DNA from: Eledone cirrhosa
Taxonomy: Eukaryota
Direction of reading: 5' to 3'
Length of the DNA: 64,000 bases
Assembly: GCA_964016885.1 (NCBI GenBank)
Contig: OZ024743.1
Coordinates: forward strand, 361,336,001 to 361,400,000
Of the stretch, positions 1-12,238 are shown in pieces. The position numbers and the translations under genes were made by a program. The notes beneath the pieces were generated by a model, which had not been told where the DNA came from, made no database searches, and worked only from the letters and a program-made list of their open reading frames with translations. Position 1 is the first letter of the stretch. Each line of letters opens with the position of its first letter.

Positions 1-224
1 TTGCCGGCAGATCGACCTGCTCATATTGCCATGGATTGGGTACCAGAAGGTGGTAGGAGAGAACGGGGAAGACCACGAAAAACATGGCGGAGCACATTCA
101 GGGAGGACCTGCGGGAGATGAGAATTACCTGGAGAGGTGCTAGAATGGCCGCCAGTGACAGTATCCAGTGGAGGAAGCTCGTCGCCCATTTTTCCACAAG
201 GTTCTGGAGGAACTAAGACTAGGA

Positions 225-227
<3 letters not shown>
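1..227 (+). mobile_element. 3' end of an RTE-clade LINE
   Basis: ORF 1..216 reads W.PEGGRRERGRPRKTW...D...WR, the typical RTE C-terminus; followed by a short TAAGAC/TAGGAC tail and (TA)n. Confidence 0.8.

Positions 228-307
<80 letters not shown>
228..307. repeat. (TA)n microsatellite
   Basis: Perfect TA run. Similar tracts near 4843, 8406-8780, 9515, 12597, 20699, 22139, 22757-22902, 42240, 43339-43842, 44120, 54888, 57315, 57970. Confidence 0.98.
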
Positions 308-310
<3 letters not shown>

Positions 311-540
311 TGAGATTCTACAGGACTAGAACTGTTTCATTCATTAGAAATCATCATATATATATATATATCGTTTCTGAATTTGTTTAGCAAGATTCTT
401 TATCTGAAATCGTGTGTTGAAACCGATATTGTTATACTTTGGGAGGGTCATGTTGCCAATAAGAAACACACGCACCAGTCGCTTTCACTTCAATTTATTA
501 TATATTTATAAATTTATAAATTTACAAATCTATTGGCAAC

Positions 541-1156
541 ATGACCCTCCCAAAGTATAACAATATCGGTTTCAACACACGATTTCAGAGAAAGAATCTT
601 GCTAAACAAATTCAGAAACGAAATATCGTAAGCCTTAGCCAGGCTAACAAGATACTGAAAACCACCATGTTCTGTTGTCTACGAAAAACCATAACATCTC
701 GACAACTATCCTTCATAAAGCTGTGCGCCACTTCCAGAATCTACACCAACACCATCAATACCGACGTTAGAAGATTACAACTCACCAAAAAACAAGCAGA
801 TAGACTAAAACGAACTTTAATTCTAAACATAAAAAAGAAGATCTATAGAGAATTAAGTCATCAAGAAAAACAAAAGCGTAACCTAATACAAGAATTAGCT
901 AGAATCACCACACCAACAGAGAAACTAATATTTATAAGCCTTATACGCCCCGAAGAACAGTACATTACTCAAGAATGTGATAGGCACTTTAACAGGAAAC
1001 TAAAGTGGCTTAAACTTAAAGCTAAATCAGGATACTATAGAGTATACCAATAGATATCCCGACAAAATTGACGGTATCAACATGGCCGACACCTCATTAT
1101 CAGAAGAGTTCAACAACAAAAACACCAACATTTATGGGAACGCAAAAATAGATAAT
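541..1156 (+). pseudogene. N-terminal part of the PLE-1 ORF, separated by a frameshift (~1020) and a SINE insertion
   Basis: ATG at 541 lies in pseudo-LTR sequence (same as 4820). The frame at 1022-1156 reads YPDKIDGINMADTSLSEEFNNKNTNIYGNAKIDN and joins DEMSVLCLPPKF in frame once the SINE and one TSD copy are removed. Confidence 0.75.
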
Positions 1157-1342
1157 TGTTTCTACTATTGGCACAAGGCCAGAAATTACCCAGTACATTA
1201 CTGGTACTTTATTTTATCGACCCCGTAAGGATGAAAGGCAAAGTTAACCTCGGCGGGATTTGAACTCAGAATAGCAAGGGCCGTAACTCTATGCATCAAA
1301 GCATGGCGTCCGACCCTCTACCGATACTGCCAATCCACCGCC
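1157..1342 (-). mobile_element. tRNA-derived Nin-domain SINE, full length, 9-bp TSD ATAGATAAT
   Basis: Minus strand has A box TGGCAGTATCGG, B box GAGTTCAAATCC and Nin-like core GCCTTTCATCCTTACGGGGTCGATAAAAT; TSD at 1148-1156 and 1343-1351. Confidence 0.9.
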
Positions 1343-1357
1343 ATAGATAATGATGAA

Positions 1358-4300
1358 ATGTCTGTGTTATGTCTGCCGCCCAAATTTGCGACTTTCAAGA
1401 AGGTAAATATGATTAGTTGTCTGTTAGAAATAGAAAAATCATTTACAAAACTACGCTGGAGCATCAAAAACAAAAGCAACAATATACGCACACACATATA
1501 CAACACACATCCCAACAACAACAGACACACAGACACAAACAACAATAACAACAACACACACATCAACAACAACAACAATAGCAACATACCCAGAAACAAC
1601 AACAACAGACACGCAGACACAAACAACAATAACAACACACACAACAACGATAACACACACGGAGACAACAACAACACACGTCAACAACAGCATACATCAA
1701 CAACAACAACACACACGCATTCAATGCCTCTCACCACCACCACAATCTTAACAAACACACAGACACAGAAAACAAGTAATGACAGTAGCACAGAAATCAG
1801 AGAAATAAGGGAAAGTAATAAGATTAAAAGGAAAAGGAGATGGGAGACTAAGGACAAAGAGAATAACCAAGACGAACACACAGACACACAAAATAGGGTA
1901 GATAACAACATTGAGCCAGTGGAAAGAGACAGGAGTAATTATGAGAGACATAGAAACAACCATGAGGCTGTCGGTGGAAATAGAAATAGAAACAACACAA
2001 CTAACAATAACAATAGCACTAGTACACATAAAGCAGCAGCCTGGAACTCTCCGTTTTATAATCCCTCCGATAAATCATTCGACCTGCGACGAGTCCACGC
2101 CACGACTTTACCATTTAACAAACGCACGCAGTTGCCGTCGCAGGTCGATGAACAAACAGAAGCACAATTTAGTATAGCTAAATCCGAACTTAGAAATATT
2201 ATAGAACAGTATAGCAAGAAGCATAATAGAATAGAGGCCCAGCAACTGGGAGAAAAATCTGCAAATGGCTTGCGTAAGCTCATGCAGCGCTCACGTAATG
2301 GAGAGATAGCATGCTTTACAACAGACAAGTCTGGCAGAATGTCGGTTGACAGCCTGCCAAACTACATCCAGGCAATGCAACCCCACATCACTAACACAAG
2401 AGAGGTAACACCACATGAGCATGAGTATAGAGAAAAAGCCCTCAATGCCCATATGGTGATGTGGACGAATATAATGCAGCCCAACAAAAGGACTGCCAAC
2501 AACTTCCAGGCCTGGAACAATGACGTGCCGGCGTTGTATGGGCTTCGAAAAGACCATAAAACGGGCTGTGACCCTGTCGCGGGACCACCAACACGGCCAG
2601 TCTGTGGTGCTAACATTGCTGGTAACTACAGACTGTCCTACTTCCTCTACCTGATCATACGCCCCATCATTGAGATGTCCCCAGATGTATGTGACAGCAC
2701 GGAGGACCTCCTCAGCAGAATCGGCGCGAGTAACCGATCTGGGGACCTAACAAACTGCATAATAGGCAGTATGGATGTTGTGTCGATGTATCCATCTATT
2801 GACGTTAATTTTGCTGTGGAGAAATGCGTAGAAATGTTCAGCGAGAGCAAGGTTGAGTTCCGTGGGATTGATACCAGTGAGCTGGGACTTCTACTTAAGC
2901 TTACCCATAGTAATAGTTACCTAGACACTTATGACCTTAGCAACCTGTGCCCTACAAGACCAGCAAGAGGCAGACCACCTACCATTACCTCAATGACCAA
3001 GAAAACCCACACAGATAGATGGAACGGGTGGAGCAGCGCCATACGGACACCCGAAAACCACGATGAACTGAAGAAAATGATTGCACATGCGGTAGGGGCC
3101 AGCATAAAATTAACCCTTAAGGAACATATGTTCAAATTTAATGGTAAAACATATGCCCAAGAGGAAGGAGCAGCCATTTGTGTTAGCATTGCAGGCGACA
3201 TAGCTAACTTATTCATGGTATGGTGGGACAGTAGACTTAAACAAAAACTTAAAGAACAATTAGAAGACAGCTTAACCCTGATAATGTACTCCCGCTACGT
3301 AGATGATATAAACATCGTAGTTAAGACACCCCCACTAAAGAACAGTCAGGAACTAGAGAAAAACACAATGGAAAGCATCCAGCAAATAGCAAACTCCATC
3401 CACCAGAGCATTAGAGTTACTATAGACTACCCAAGTAGACACCCCAACCATCGATTACCTGTACTAGACACAGAGCTATGGTTAGATACCATTAACAACC
3501 AAAAACAAATCCTACATTCCCATTATGCCAAACCCATGACTTCCAAACATCTGATCCACCGAAACTCGGCCATTTCGGACCATACCAAAATCAACATACT
3601 GATTGCGGATTTGGTACGGGTGATGAGAAATGTGTCCCGCATGTGCAACCCCGAAGAACTAGAGAGACACATACAACACTTCATCCACCGTATGCAGTTC
3701 TCTGGCTACAATCAGAGAGATAGAATCAGAGTGTATAGAGGAGCCAGAACCAAATGGGAAAAAATGGTAAATAATGACATAAATGGGACCTGCCCCTTGT
3801 ATAGGAGCAAATTTTGGAATAGAATAGAAAGAACTAGGAACAAGGCCAATAGAATAAACTCATGGTATTATAGCAATAAATACCAGAGTGTAATGTTCAT
3901 CAATACAACCCCTAGAGGCGAACTAGCGTACAAATTTAGAAGGGCCCTAAATAAACATAAACTCAATATTAAGATAGTAGAAAGACCAGGTACCTCCGTA
4001 AAAACACTTATTAGCAAGACATACCCGTTCCAAAGACCCTCATGTATAGATAAGAAATGTATAACCTATAAAATAAGCCCCCATATTAACTGTAAAACTA
4101 GAAATGTAGTGTATAGCATAAGATGTACTGAAGGACAATGTAGAAACAAAAATATAATGTACATAGGTGAGACAGCTCGTAGTATAGGGGAACGAATAAA
4201 TGAACACTGGCGAGACCTTCAAGATAATAATGAATCATCTGTGCTCTACCAACATGCTAAGATAGAACACAGGGGTAAATTAGAGGACATAGAAATAAAA

Positions 4301-4426
4301 ATAGAATCCACACACAGAAAAGATGCAATGTTTAGGCAAATTACAGAGGCAGTAAGCATAAAAGAATTACAACCAAAATTAAATAGAAAATATGAGTGGA
4401 ACAGCAACATCACAACTTACAATTAA
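1358..4426 (+). CDS. PLE reverse transcriptase with C-terminal GIY-YIG endonuclease (1022 aa open segment)
   Basis: TDKSG, PALYGLRKDHK, TRPVCG, IGSMDVVSMYPSID, YSRYVDD, LPVLDTELW; NVVYSIRC...MYIGETARSIGERINEH; RQITEAVSI...LNRKYEW. Confidence 0.95.
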   Translation: MSVLCLPPKFATFKKVNMISCLLEIEKSFTKLRWSIKNKSNNIRTHIYNTHPNNNRHTDTNNNNNNTHINNNNNSNIPRNNNNRHADTNNNNNTHNNDNTHGDNNNTRQQQHTSTTTTHTHSMPLTTTTILTNTQTQKTSNDSSTEIREIRESNKIKRKRRWETKDKENNQDEHTDTQNRVDNNIEPVERDRSNYERHRNNHEAVGGNRNRNNTTNNNNSTSTHKAAAWNSPFYNPSDKSFDLRRVHATTLPFNKRTQLPSQVDEQTEAQFSIAKSELRNIIEQYSKKHNRIEAQQLGEKSANGLRKLMQRSRNGEIACFTTDKSGRMSVDSLPNYIQAMQPHITNTREVTPHEHEYREKALNAHMVMWTNIMQPNKRTANNFQAWNNDVPALYGLRKDHKTGCDPVAGPPTRPVCGANIAGNYRLSYFLYLIIRPIIEMSPDVCDSTEDLLSRIGASNRSGDLTNCIIGSMDVVSMYPSIDVNFAVEKCVEMFSESKVEFRGIDTSELGLLLKLTHSNSYLDTYDLSNLCPTRPARGRPPTITSMTKKTHTDRWNGWSSAIRTPENHDELKKMIAHAVGASIKLTLKEHMFKFNGKTYAQEEGAAICVSIAGDIANLFMVWWDSRLKQKLKEQLEDSLTLIMYSRYVDDINIVVKTPPLKNSQELEKNTMESIQQIANSIHQSIRVTIDYPSRHPNHRLPVLDTELWLDTINNQKQILHSHYAKPMTSKHLIHRNSAISDHTKINILIADLVRVMRNVSRMCNPEELERHIQHFIHRMQFSGYNQRDRIRVYRGARTKWEKMVNNDINGTCPLYRSKFWNRIERTRNKANRINSWYYSNKYQSVMFINTTPRGELAYKFRRALNKHKLNIKIVERPGTSVKTLISKTYPFQRPSCIDKKCITYKISPHINCKTRNVVYSIRCTEGQCRNKNIMYIGETARSIGERINEHWRDLQDNNESSVLYQHAKIEHRGKLEDIEIKIESTHRKDAMFRQITEAVSIKELQPKLNRKYEWNSNITTYN

Positions 4427-4634
4427 GGACAAAATGAAAACACACACACACATAGAACAAACAACCAACCAACAATAAATAAATAAATAAATAAACAAAT
4501 AGATAAATGAACACAAACACACACAGACACCCGGATGTGGCGCATGCGCGAACTGAGCACACAACACACACACAGAAACAAAATGGCGTAGGACAGAAGA
4601 AAGGAAAAGCACAGAAACAAAGAAAGCAATCCCC

Positions 4635-4679
4635 AGTCACTGAAGAGGTCACAGAGTGTGTGACTAAAGGACTATGACT
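4635..4679 (+). ncRNA. Minimal type-I hammerhead in the PLE-1 pseudo-LTR, GAAA mutated to TAAA
   Basis: AGTCA-CTGAAGA-g-GTCACA gagtg TGTGAC-TAAA-gga-CTA-TGACT. Confidence 0.75.
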
Positions 4680-4841
4680 ATATATAAACAACTATCTGGT
4701 TGTGGAACCAACCAACCAACCAGAAATTTATAAGTTTGTAGATTTGTAAATTTATAAATTTATAAATATATAATAAATTGAAGTGAAAGCAACTGGTGCG
4801 TGTGTTTCTTATTGGCAACATGACCCTCCCAAAGTATAACA

Positions 4842-4902
<61 letters not shown>

Positions 4903-4935
4903 AATAATAAATGTGAAGACTAATATGTTTACAAG

Positions 4936-4971
<36 letters not shown>

Positions 4972-5862
4972 TAAGTATATGTATATATATATGTGTGTGT
5001 GTGTGTGTGTGCGCGTGTGTGTTTGTGTATAATATATACATATACATATATAAATATATATACATAATATATATATATATAGAGAGAGAGTCTAAAAATG
5101 TATACACATTTTGATAAGAATACTGTATACATGTTTTCGAGACACCCATTATATATATATGTATATATTACTCTGGGGTATTCTCCCCATCCGAGTGCTA
5201 AATCTACATACCGAATTTGCATTCGTTAGCTTGGCCGCAAACTAAAGCTTTGTTTATGCTGTACTAAGATTTGTATTTTAACTCCTAGAATTAATGATTA
5301 ACTGATTAATTTAATTAGATGATTCTATTGATTGATTAATTGGGTATGCTTGTTTGATAACTAACTTCTGGTTGAGAGCTTAATTCGGTTTGTCTAAAGG
5401 AATTTCATTCCTTTGTCTTAAATTTGAATCCACCGCCAAAGCTCGTGTTACCTCCCTTGGAGAAAACCACGTGCCCATAGCGAAATTCACTGCTAGAACA
5501 TACCCGCAGAGGCTAAAGAACACAAGACTTGCTGAAGGAGTAAATCCTTTGTTCTGTCACCAAAAACCATTAAATTGCAGACCCCTGCAGGCGGAATTTG
5601 TCGATCTTGGTTTTGCATAAACCTAGCGCTGATATTGTGTGCTGTATGTGATGTATATCGTGTGTTATACGATATGCATTATATATTACATTCAGTCCTA
5701 CCGTTCTGTCCAGGTCAGTCTAAAATCTCCGGAACTTATATCTTCGTTGAATGCTCCCTATCCGCATACTGAAGTACTGGATTTTACCAACACTTACTTT
5801 CTTGCTTACCCCATGCTCGACACCCTGTTGAGCGCTTCATACAGTGGCGGACCGCAGCCAAT

Positions 5863-8165
5863 ATGAATAAACTCACCACTCTGGCATCACTGAAGGACAT
5901 CCCATCAACGGGTAAAAGAGAATACACCAGGAATCTCACTAAGAGTGCTGACTCCCTAATACGCAGGATGAGGTGGAGGGCTTACCACTTTGATAGAGGA
6001 AACCCCAATATTAATAACCAAAGAACCCTAGAGTCCCTCTTCAGATCAAGAAGAACCCCCCCCCCCCACACACACACACAACAGACTATTGGAAGAGTTT
6101 GAGAACGAAATGATTGGCATCATTTCCAACCTTAAATTTTCCGACCAACCATACCGGGGTCGAGAGTACGTTAGACGACTGGAAAATGGAATTACAGAGC
6201 TTAAGGAATCTACAGGAATACTCGTCCATGCCGACAAAACCAACAATCTTTACAGTATGGACGTTCAACTTTACCATGAGCTAATCCTCAGGGAATTGAG
6301 AAAAAGCTACAAAAAAACGCCCGAGGCTACCCTGGGGGATATCAACATCAAGGCTTATGAGATCGTATCTGGTATTGGTATAGATGATAGGACGGCCCCA
6401 TACCAACCAGGGGAGCCGAGGATTACCATTAAGGATCACAAACAAAACTTCGAGTCTAACCTGCCGGTCAGACTGATAGCCCCCTCCCGGTCAGACTAGG
6501 GGGTTATTAGCAAAAGCATTTTAGATATAATCCTGCCCACACTTAAGAGTAAAATAAGGTTACAACTCTGGTCCTGCACCAGCCAGGTGCTGAACGGGTG
6601 TACATTTTTACCTGACAAACATAGGACTAGCTTCATACAACTAGACATCAACAATTACTACTCCTCTATCTCGCCCATAGTCCTGAACAAGGCACTCATA
6701 TTCGCGATGACTAGGACAGACCTAACACGTGATGAGGTCCGAATCATACACGCCGCCAGAAAGACCCTGATCCGATTCGGTGGGGACATATGGACCCGGA
6801 GCGACTGGCCAAATAATTTTGACATTACAATGGGCTCCAGTGACTCCGCGCCGCTAACGGACTTGGTTGGGATATACATACTCTACGAGATCAGGAGAGA
6901 AATACACAACCTGGGTGGCGGGCTGTACCGAGACGACGCACTCTTCACCGTAGTGGACCACAGCACCACAATGGTCGAAAATATGAATAGGAGAATTAGG
7001 CACTTATTTAGCTAGGTGGGACTTAAAGTAGAGATGGAACCCAATAGAAAGTAGTGAATTTCCTGGACACCACCCTCAACCTCAACACCAAGCTACACCA
7101 CTCATATCATAAACCCAATGAGAAGCTGGTGTATATCAACGCTGGGTACAATCCCCCTAGATCTAGAGTTAAGGCCGTAGTTAAGAGTGTCTCTGACAGG
7201 GTCTCTAATTTGTTGGCCAATAAAGAGATCTTCAATAACAACGCTGATTACTATAACTCAGCGCTAGCCAAGGCGTCCCACAGCCATAGGATCAGCTACA
7301 ACCCTAAGTGACATGAGCGAGATGGCCCAAGGGTACTCCGGACCAATACCCTCAGGAGCATGAGTCGCCCACCTAATACCTCGTTGACCAGTAGTAACAC
7401 TCCCAGACCCCTATCCGTCACCACCCCTGGTAGAAGGTCCCGCATACCCCACCGGTCTAATACCTACAACGCTGAAGACCACTGTGCTGCGGAGAATAGG
7501 CACCCCTGCACCGGCCCCACCACCCGCCGAACCCTAATTGAGCAGGGAGGCCACACCTCGCAGGTTTATAGCCCCACAGTGGGCCCATATAACCCTCATG
7601 ATAGTGACCCCTCCGCACACCTGAGTGACACCAACCGAGCTAAACCTGAGCTGTGCACAACCACGCGATGTACCACGGCGGACACCCAACATTCCCGCAA
7701 GAATAGGACCAGGAAGCTCATATGGTATAACCCTCCGTACTCGGTGTGTCTACGTACCAGCCTGGCTAGAATATTCGTTAGAGTACTGGATAAATGTTTC
7801 CCTAGGGCCCACAAGTACCATAAAATATTCAACAGGCACACGGTGAAACTTTCCTACTCAACCACACGCTCCGTAGCCCAGCACATAGCTGGCATAAATA
7901 GGAATAGGCTCACTGCTTCTAATACCACCGTAAACCCCGGAGCCACCCAACAGAACCAGCACGCGGGACGAACCGGAACCCGGACAGGCCCAACTAGCAC
8001 ACCGGAACCCAACGACCCTGTGCTGATTGCGGAGGCTACCCAGCCAACACCGAATGATGGTAACGACGCGGTACATGTGGTGGGGCTTAAGAAGTCATGT
8101 AATTGCAGAGACCCATCACTATGACCCCTTAGTAATGAATGCATGACGAAAAATGTAGTCTACGT
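5863..8165 (+). pseudogene. Penelope-like element family 2 ORF, degenerate; GIY-YIG truncated after NVVY
   Basis: RMRWRAYHF, ADKTNNLY, ITIKDHK..RLIAP, LDINNYYSSI, FDITMGSSDSA, GLYRDDAL, FLDTTLNL, IWYNPPYS, KLSYS, CNCR..*PL..C..KNVVY; frameshift at poly-C ~6060 and several stops. Confidence 0.9.
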
Positions 8166-8411
8166 AGTCTACACTCGGGATACTTCACGGCGGAACCAAG
8201 CTATTAAACAGAAAGGCCGACTTATTGGTGCCTGCAGACACCTAAGGACGGGAACTTTCCTCAAGCTATATGGATAAACCCGGTTAAGGCCTCCCACAAC
8301 CAATGACCAACAACCACCCATAGTTTGTGGTCTCTATGGTGGATGGTCCACCGGATCCTCTACTGGTTAGGAGTCATCAAAACCACGTTTTATTGACGCT
8401 GATTTTATATA

Positions 8412-8472
<61 letters not shown>

Positions 8473-9412
8473 TATATATATATATATTTTATATGTGTAT
8501 ATATGTGTATTTTATATATACATATGTATATATATATGTATATATTTTATATATATATATATATATGTATTTGATATATATGTGTGTATGTATATTTTAT
8601 ATGTGTAAATATTTTATATATATATATATTTTATATATATATATATATTTTATGTATATATATATTTTATATATATATATATATTTTATATATATATATT
8701 TTATATATATCTATATTTTATATATATCTATATTTTATATATATATATATATAATTGTGCGTACATATATATATATATATATACACATCTGTATGGATTT
8801 GTGTGTGTAGATGTGTGTGTGTCTGAGGGGGTAGGTGCGAGTGTATGTACAAGTCAAGCAACATAAGCCTTTATTTCTAAATTTTCTAAACTATCTAAGT
8901 ATTTGACTCTAACCATTATTTTAAGTATTACCACCCCACATTAATTCATTAATTTCTCAATTTGTATGTGTGAATGTGTGTGTGTTTGTATGTGGAGGTG
9001 GGTGTGATGGTACGTGCAAGCAAACCTACATAAGTCTTTTTATTTGTAAATTTTCTACTCTAACCATAATTTTCAGTAGCACCTCTTCACATAAATTCCT
9101 CAATTTAAGAATGACCTGTAGTATCTATTTCATACTATTAACCTTAATTGAATATATATCTGACCAGGAATGCTTTTTGTGAAAATCAGTCATATGGAAC
9201 TATTGTCATCTTGCCTGACGGTTTGAACTTTACAACACCACCTGCCTCTTTGAAGTCAAATACCAACCCTACTAGCATCTACAAACTGACCAATGAGAAT
9301 TAAGACTATTCCTGCTGACACCATTAAATTATTCCTAACAAGCTCATATGTCCCAAGGCTCTGATAGCATCAACACTATAAACACAGAGCTGGTATATCT
9401 AAGAACTGACTA

Positions 9413-9468
9413 ACTGCCTGATGAGGTCATAGCCATTCAATGGCTATCATCGAAATATATATAGCAGT
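9413..9468 (+). ncRNA. Type-I hammerhead ribozyme in a PLE-type 3' region (~8800-9515)
   Basis: ACTGC-CTGATGA-stem II (ATAGCCA ttcaa TGGCTAT)-GAAA-tatata-TA-GCAGT, followed by AATAAA. Confidence 0.85.
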
Positions 9469-9509
9469 AAATAAAGGATTATGAGTTCATGCAATTGACT
9501 TATGTTTCG

Positions 9510-9555
<46 letters not shown>

Positions 9556-9559
9556 AACT

Positions 9560-10360
9560 CACACACAAATACAGAAGAACGATGGGTCCCTTTCTCATCA
9601 GTCAACTTCCGAAAATTACCATCGTTTCTGTAAATCAATGTTGAATCTATTCATTCAAGTGCACATTGGGACAAAACAGAACAGGTAATGAAAGAAGGAT
9701 CTGACTTCAGCTATTACCACTTTCCACTTTTTCTCCGCCTCAGTGTCATTCGCCATAGTCTCGTATGTGCAATCATTACTGCAACAGGTCCGGGGAATCT
9801 CTTATCGTGTTCCCTTCAATAAGTTTCTCCACAACAAATTGGCGTAACCTACTGATATAGGGGAACGCGAGGTACACTATGCGATATGGAACCCGTTCAG
9901 CCAGTGCTTTTCAGACGTTCATTGCCCTCTCCTAAGACGTCCAGTACCCCCAAAAGAAATGGAATTCCATCCAATGCAACAATATCTCGAACGGGCTGGT
10001 GAACCTCCTTCAACAACACCGTCTTGCAGGTTTTCCTTGGTCTCCCTACCCCAAAGCGGTTCCTGTCTTAACACTGTAATATCACTCTCGACTGCCACTT
10101 TACTGGATAGCGTTAATTTGCGAATCGATGTTTCTCCGAGGCCAAGCCTCCGGATAAGTGAGCCTCACAAATGCCACTGCGATTCCACGATAAACCCTTT
10201 CGCCCTCTGAAACTATGATGCCATGTTATTGCTGGACGACTCCTACGCCATGCTGTTCTCAACGTAATTATAAAGCAAAGCTAGGACCCCATCTAGCCCA
10301 TTCTTTGTTGCTTCTCAAGTCGAAGAGAATAAACAGTTGAAATATCAGTCGCTAATGGTT
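9560..10360 (+). pseudogene. Degenerate CRE-like (RLE) LINE C-terminal region
   Basis: SLPQSGSCLN...TLLD..LRI.V..R..LRI.EPHKCHC, then GRLLRHAVLNVIIKQS in another frame; resembles the CRE zinc-finger/RLE region. Confidence 0.55.
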
Positions 10361-10364
10361 ATAT

Positions 10365-11035
10365 AAGCACGCGTTCTGCTGAGGGTAAAATTCTACAAAT
10401 TTTTAAAATTTGTATATTTATATGTTATACTTGTAGAGGGTCATATTGTTGTAATAATATTGCCAGAAATAATAACAGAACACACTCACTGTTTGGTTGG
10501 TTTTCGCTTCTGTATCTTTTATATCTCCACAGTTAATTCATTTGGTCCTCAATGTTTATAATTGACTGACCAACCGTCAAAAATACATATATAAATACAT
10601 ATATATAGTCTAACAAAATTCTTTCGTTGCACATCTGCAACAACACGGGCGGTACTATTATGTTCCTCCTCTTGTATTGTATGTCTACGCCATTCTTATT
10701 TTATCTGTTTATTTATTTATTTATTTTTGTCTTCTTCTCTGCCCATGCGTTTGCGTGTGTGTATAGTGTTTGGTGTGTGTGTGTTCGCGTTTGGGTGACT
10801 GTGTTTTGATTATTGTATTCTATCTTAGTTTACTAGTGTGTATTTATGTGTGTTTGTTGTTATTGTGCTTGTGTATGTTATTTATTTATTTATTTATATT
10901 TCTCTTTAGTCAGTATTGTTTGTTTGGGTGTTGTTGTTATTCCATTCATTTTTTTCTGTTTAGCTTTGGCTTTCTAAGCTCTATTTCGCTTGCCTCTGTA
11001 TATTTATATACATATCTGTGTCACGGTTACCCACA
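10365..11035 (-). mobile_element. PLE pseudo-LTR/3' fragment related to family 1
   Basis: GTTATACTTGTAGAGGGTCATATTG resembles the PLE-1 pseudo-LTR; 10424-10536 recurs at ~54542-54650 and inverted at ~54695-54792. Confidence 0.6.
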
Positions 11036-11670
11036 CTATATATATATGTGATATATATATATGTGATACTTCGTCGCGCACTTCGGCTGTATAAAAACAA
11101 GCATTGGCTGATTTTGGGATTGAACACTGAATATTGAAGAATCGGACGTGTTTTCAAATGCTACTCATAGTAACATGCACCGACATAAACGATGTTAAAT
11201 CCAATACAGTTATTAAGCGTTATTTGAAAAAATACGTTACGTATTCAAATAAACGCGCTATGGCATGTTAGCATTCTCTAAATATATTAGCCGTGTATTT
11301 GGATATGTGAACATTAATTACAGCATGTGGACATATATCTTCATATATCTTTGTTGTTTAAATCACATTAAACAATGCTAAACATTAATGTTCTTCGCTC
11401 GTTTGATTATGTATCTCTCACATTTGGTTCTCAAACTTTATCTGGCTTTATTCCTATAATTTGCTTATTATCATACGTCTACAGGGAAAGTGGGACATTT
11501 ATTCCCTGAATCTAAAATGCATTTCCTGGGGAGATTAGTGAAATGTAATTGTTGATTTAATTAATTCATTAATCTGCAAATTTTTATTGATATTTACAAC
11601 TATATTTCAATAAATATAAACGTTGGAAGAAATAAATAAAGGAATTTGAATTATGAAATATTGGGTTGTT

Positions 11671-11738
<68 letters not shown>

Positions 11739-12071
11739 AATAAAAGAAATACACAGATACATGCGAATACATACATATACAAACATATATCCCTGAATTT
11801 GTGTGGTGCCATTAGATTGACTTAATATCAGAGCTATATAATACATTATAAAGAAAAAAGAAATATTAGACATAAACAAAAATATATATATACCCAATAT
11901 TTGTCTACTTCCTCGACTGCGCAGTTTCGTGGCTACTATGCAAAAACATTACATCATAGAGGTGCAGTATTTGTGTGAGGATTGCCAACTTATCAAAAGA
12001 ATACCTCATTTAAAGTTTCAAAACACGTCCGCAAGGCGTGAGAGAGAATCCCGGAAAGACGGAGGGGGAAC

Positions 12072-12192
12072 TTATCACGTTATACAGCGGTCAAGAAACA
12101 GAGTTAAGCCTCTTACAACCAAGAGAAAAATCCCCCCTCCGCCATTTGTAAGAGGCTTAACTCTGTTTCTTGACCGCTGTATTACCTGATAA
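12072..12192. repeat. ~47-bp-arm fold-back inverted repeat upstream of a hammerhead
   Basis: ATACAGCGGTCAAGAAACAGAGTTAAGCCTCTTACAA ... TTGTAAGAGGCTTAACTCTGTTTCTTGACCGCTGTAT. Confidence 0.9.
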
Positions 12193-12199
12193 CTAAATA

Positions 12200-12238
12200 T
12201 GAACCTGAAGATTGCGAAAGCATGAAAGTACTTGTTCA
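12200..12238 (+). ncRNA. Minimal type-I hammerhead ribozyme
   Basis: TGAAC-CTGAAGA-tTGC gaaa GCAt-GAAA-gtac-TT-GTTCA. Confidence 0.85.

Larger units (their letters stand above)
371..4842 (+). mobile_element. Penelope-like element family 1, near full length, with inverted 5' pseudo-LTR fragment
   Basis: Long RT + GIY-YIG ORF; 3' pseudo-LTR ~4427-4842; its end is repeated inverted at 371-531 and direct from 531; flanked by (TA)n on both sides. Confidence 0.93.

Noticed and set aside
1255-1342. tRNA gene
   Set aside because: The A and B boxes belong to the SINE head; no cloverleaf
1318-1693. Hydrophobic Leu/Val-rich minus-strand ORFs
   Set aside because: Antisense of the (AAC)n tract in the PLE ORF
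10610-10650. Hammerhead in the minus-strand pseudo-LTR
   Set aside because: Stem II + GAAA present but the CTGANGA core is not recognisable
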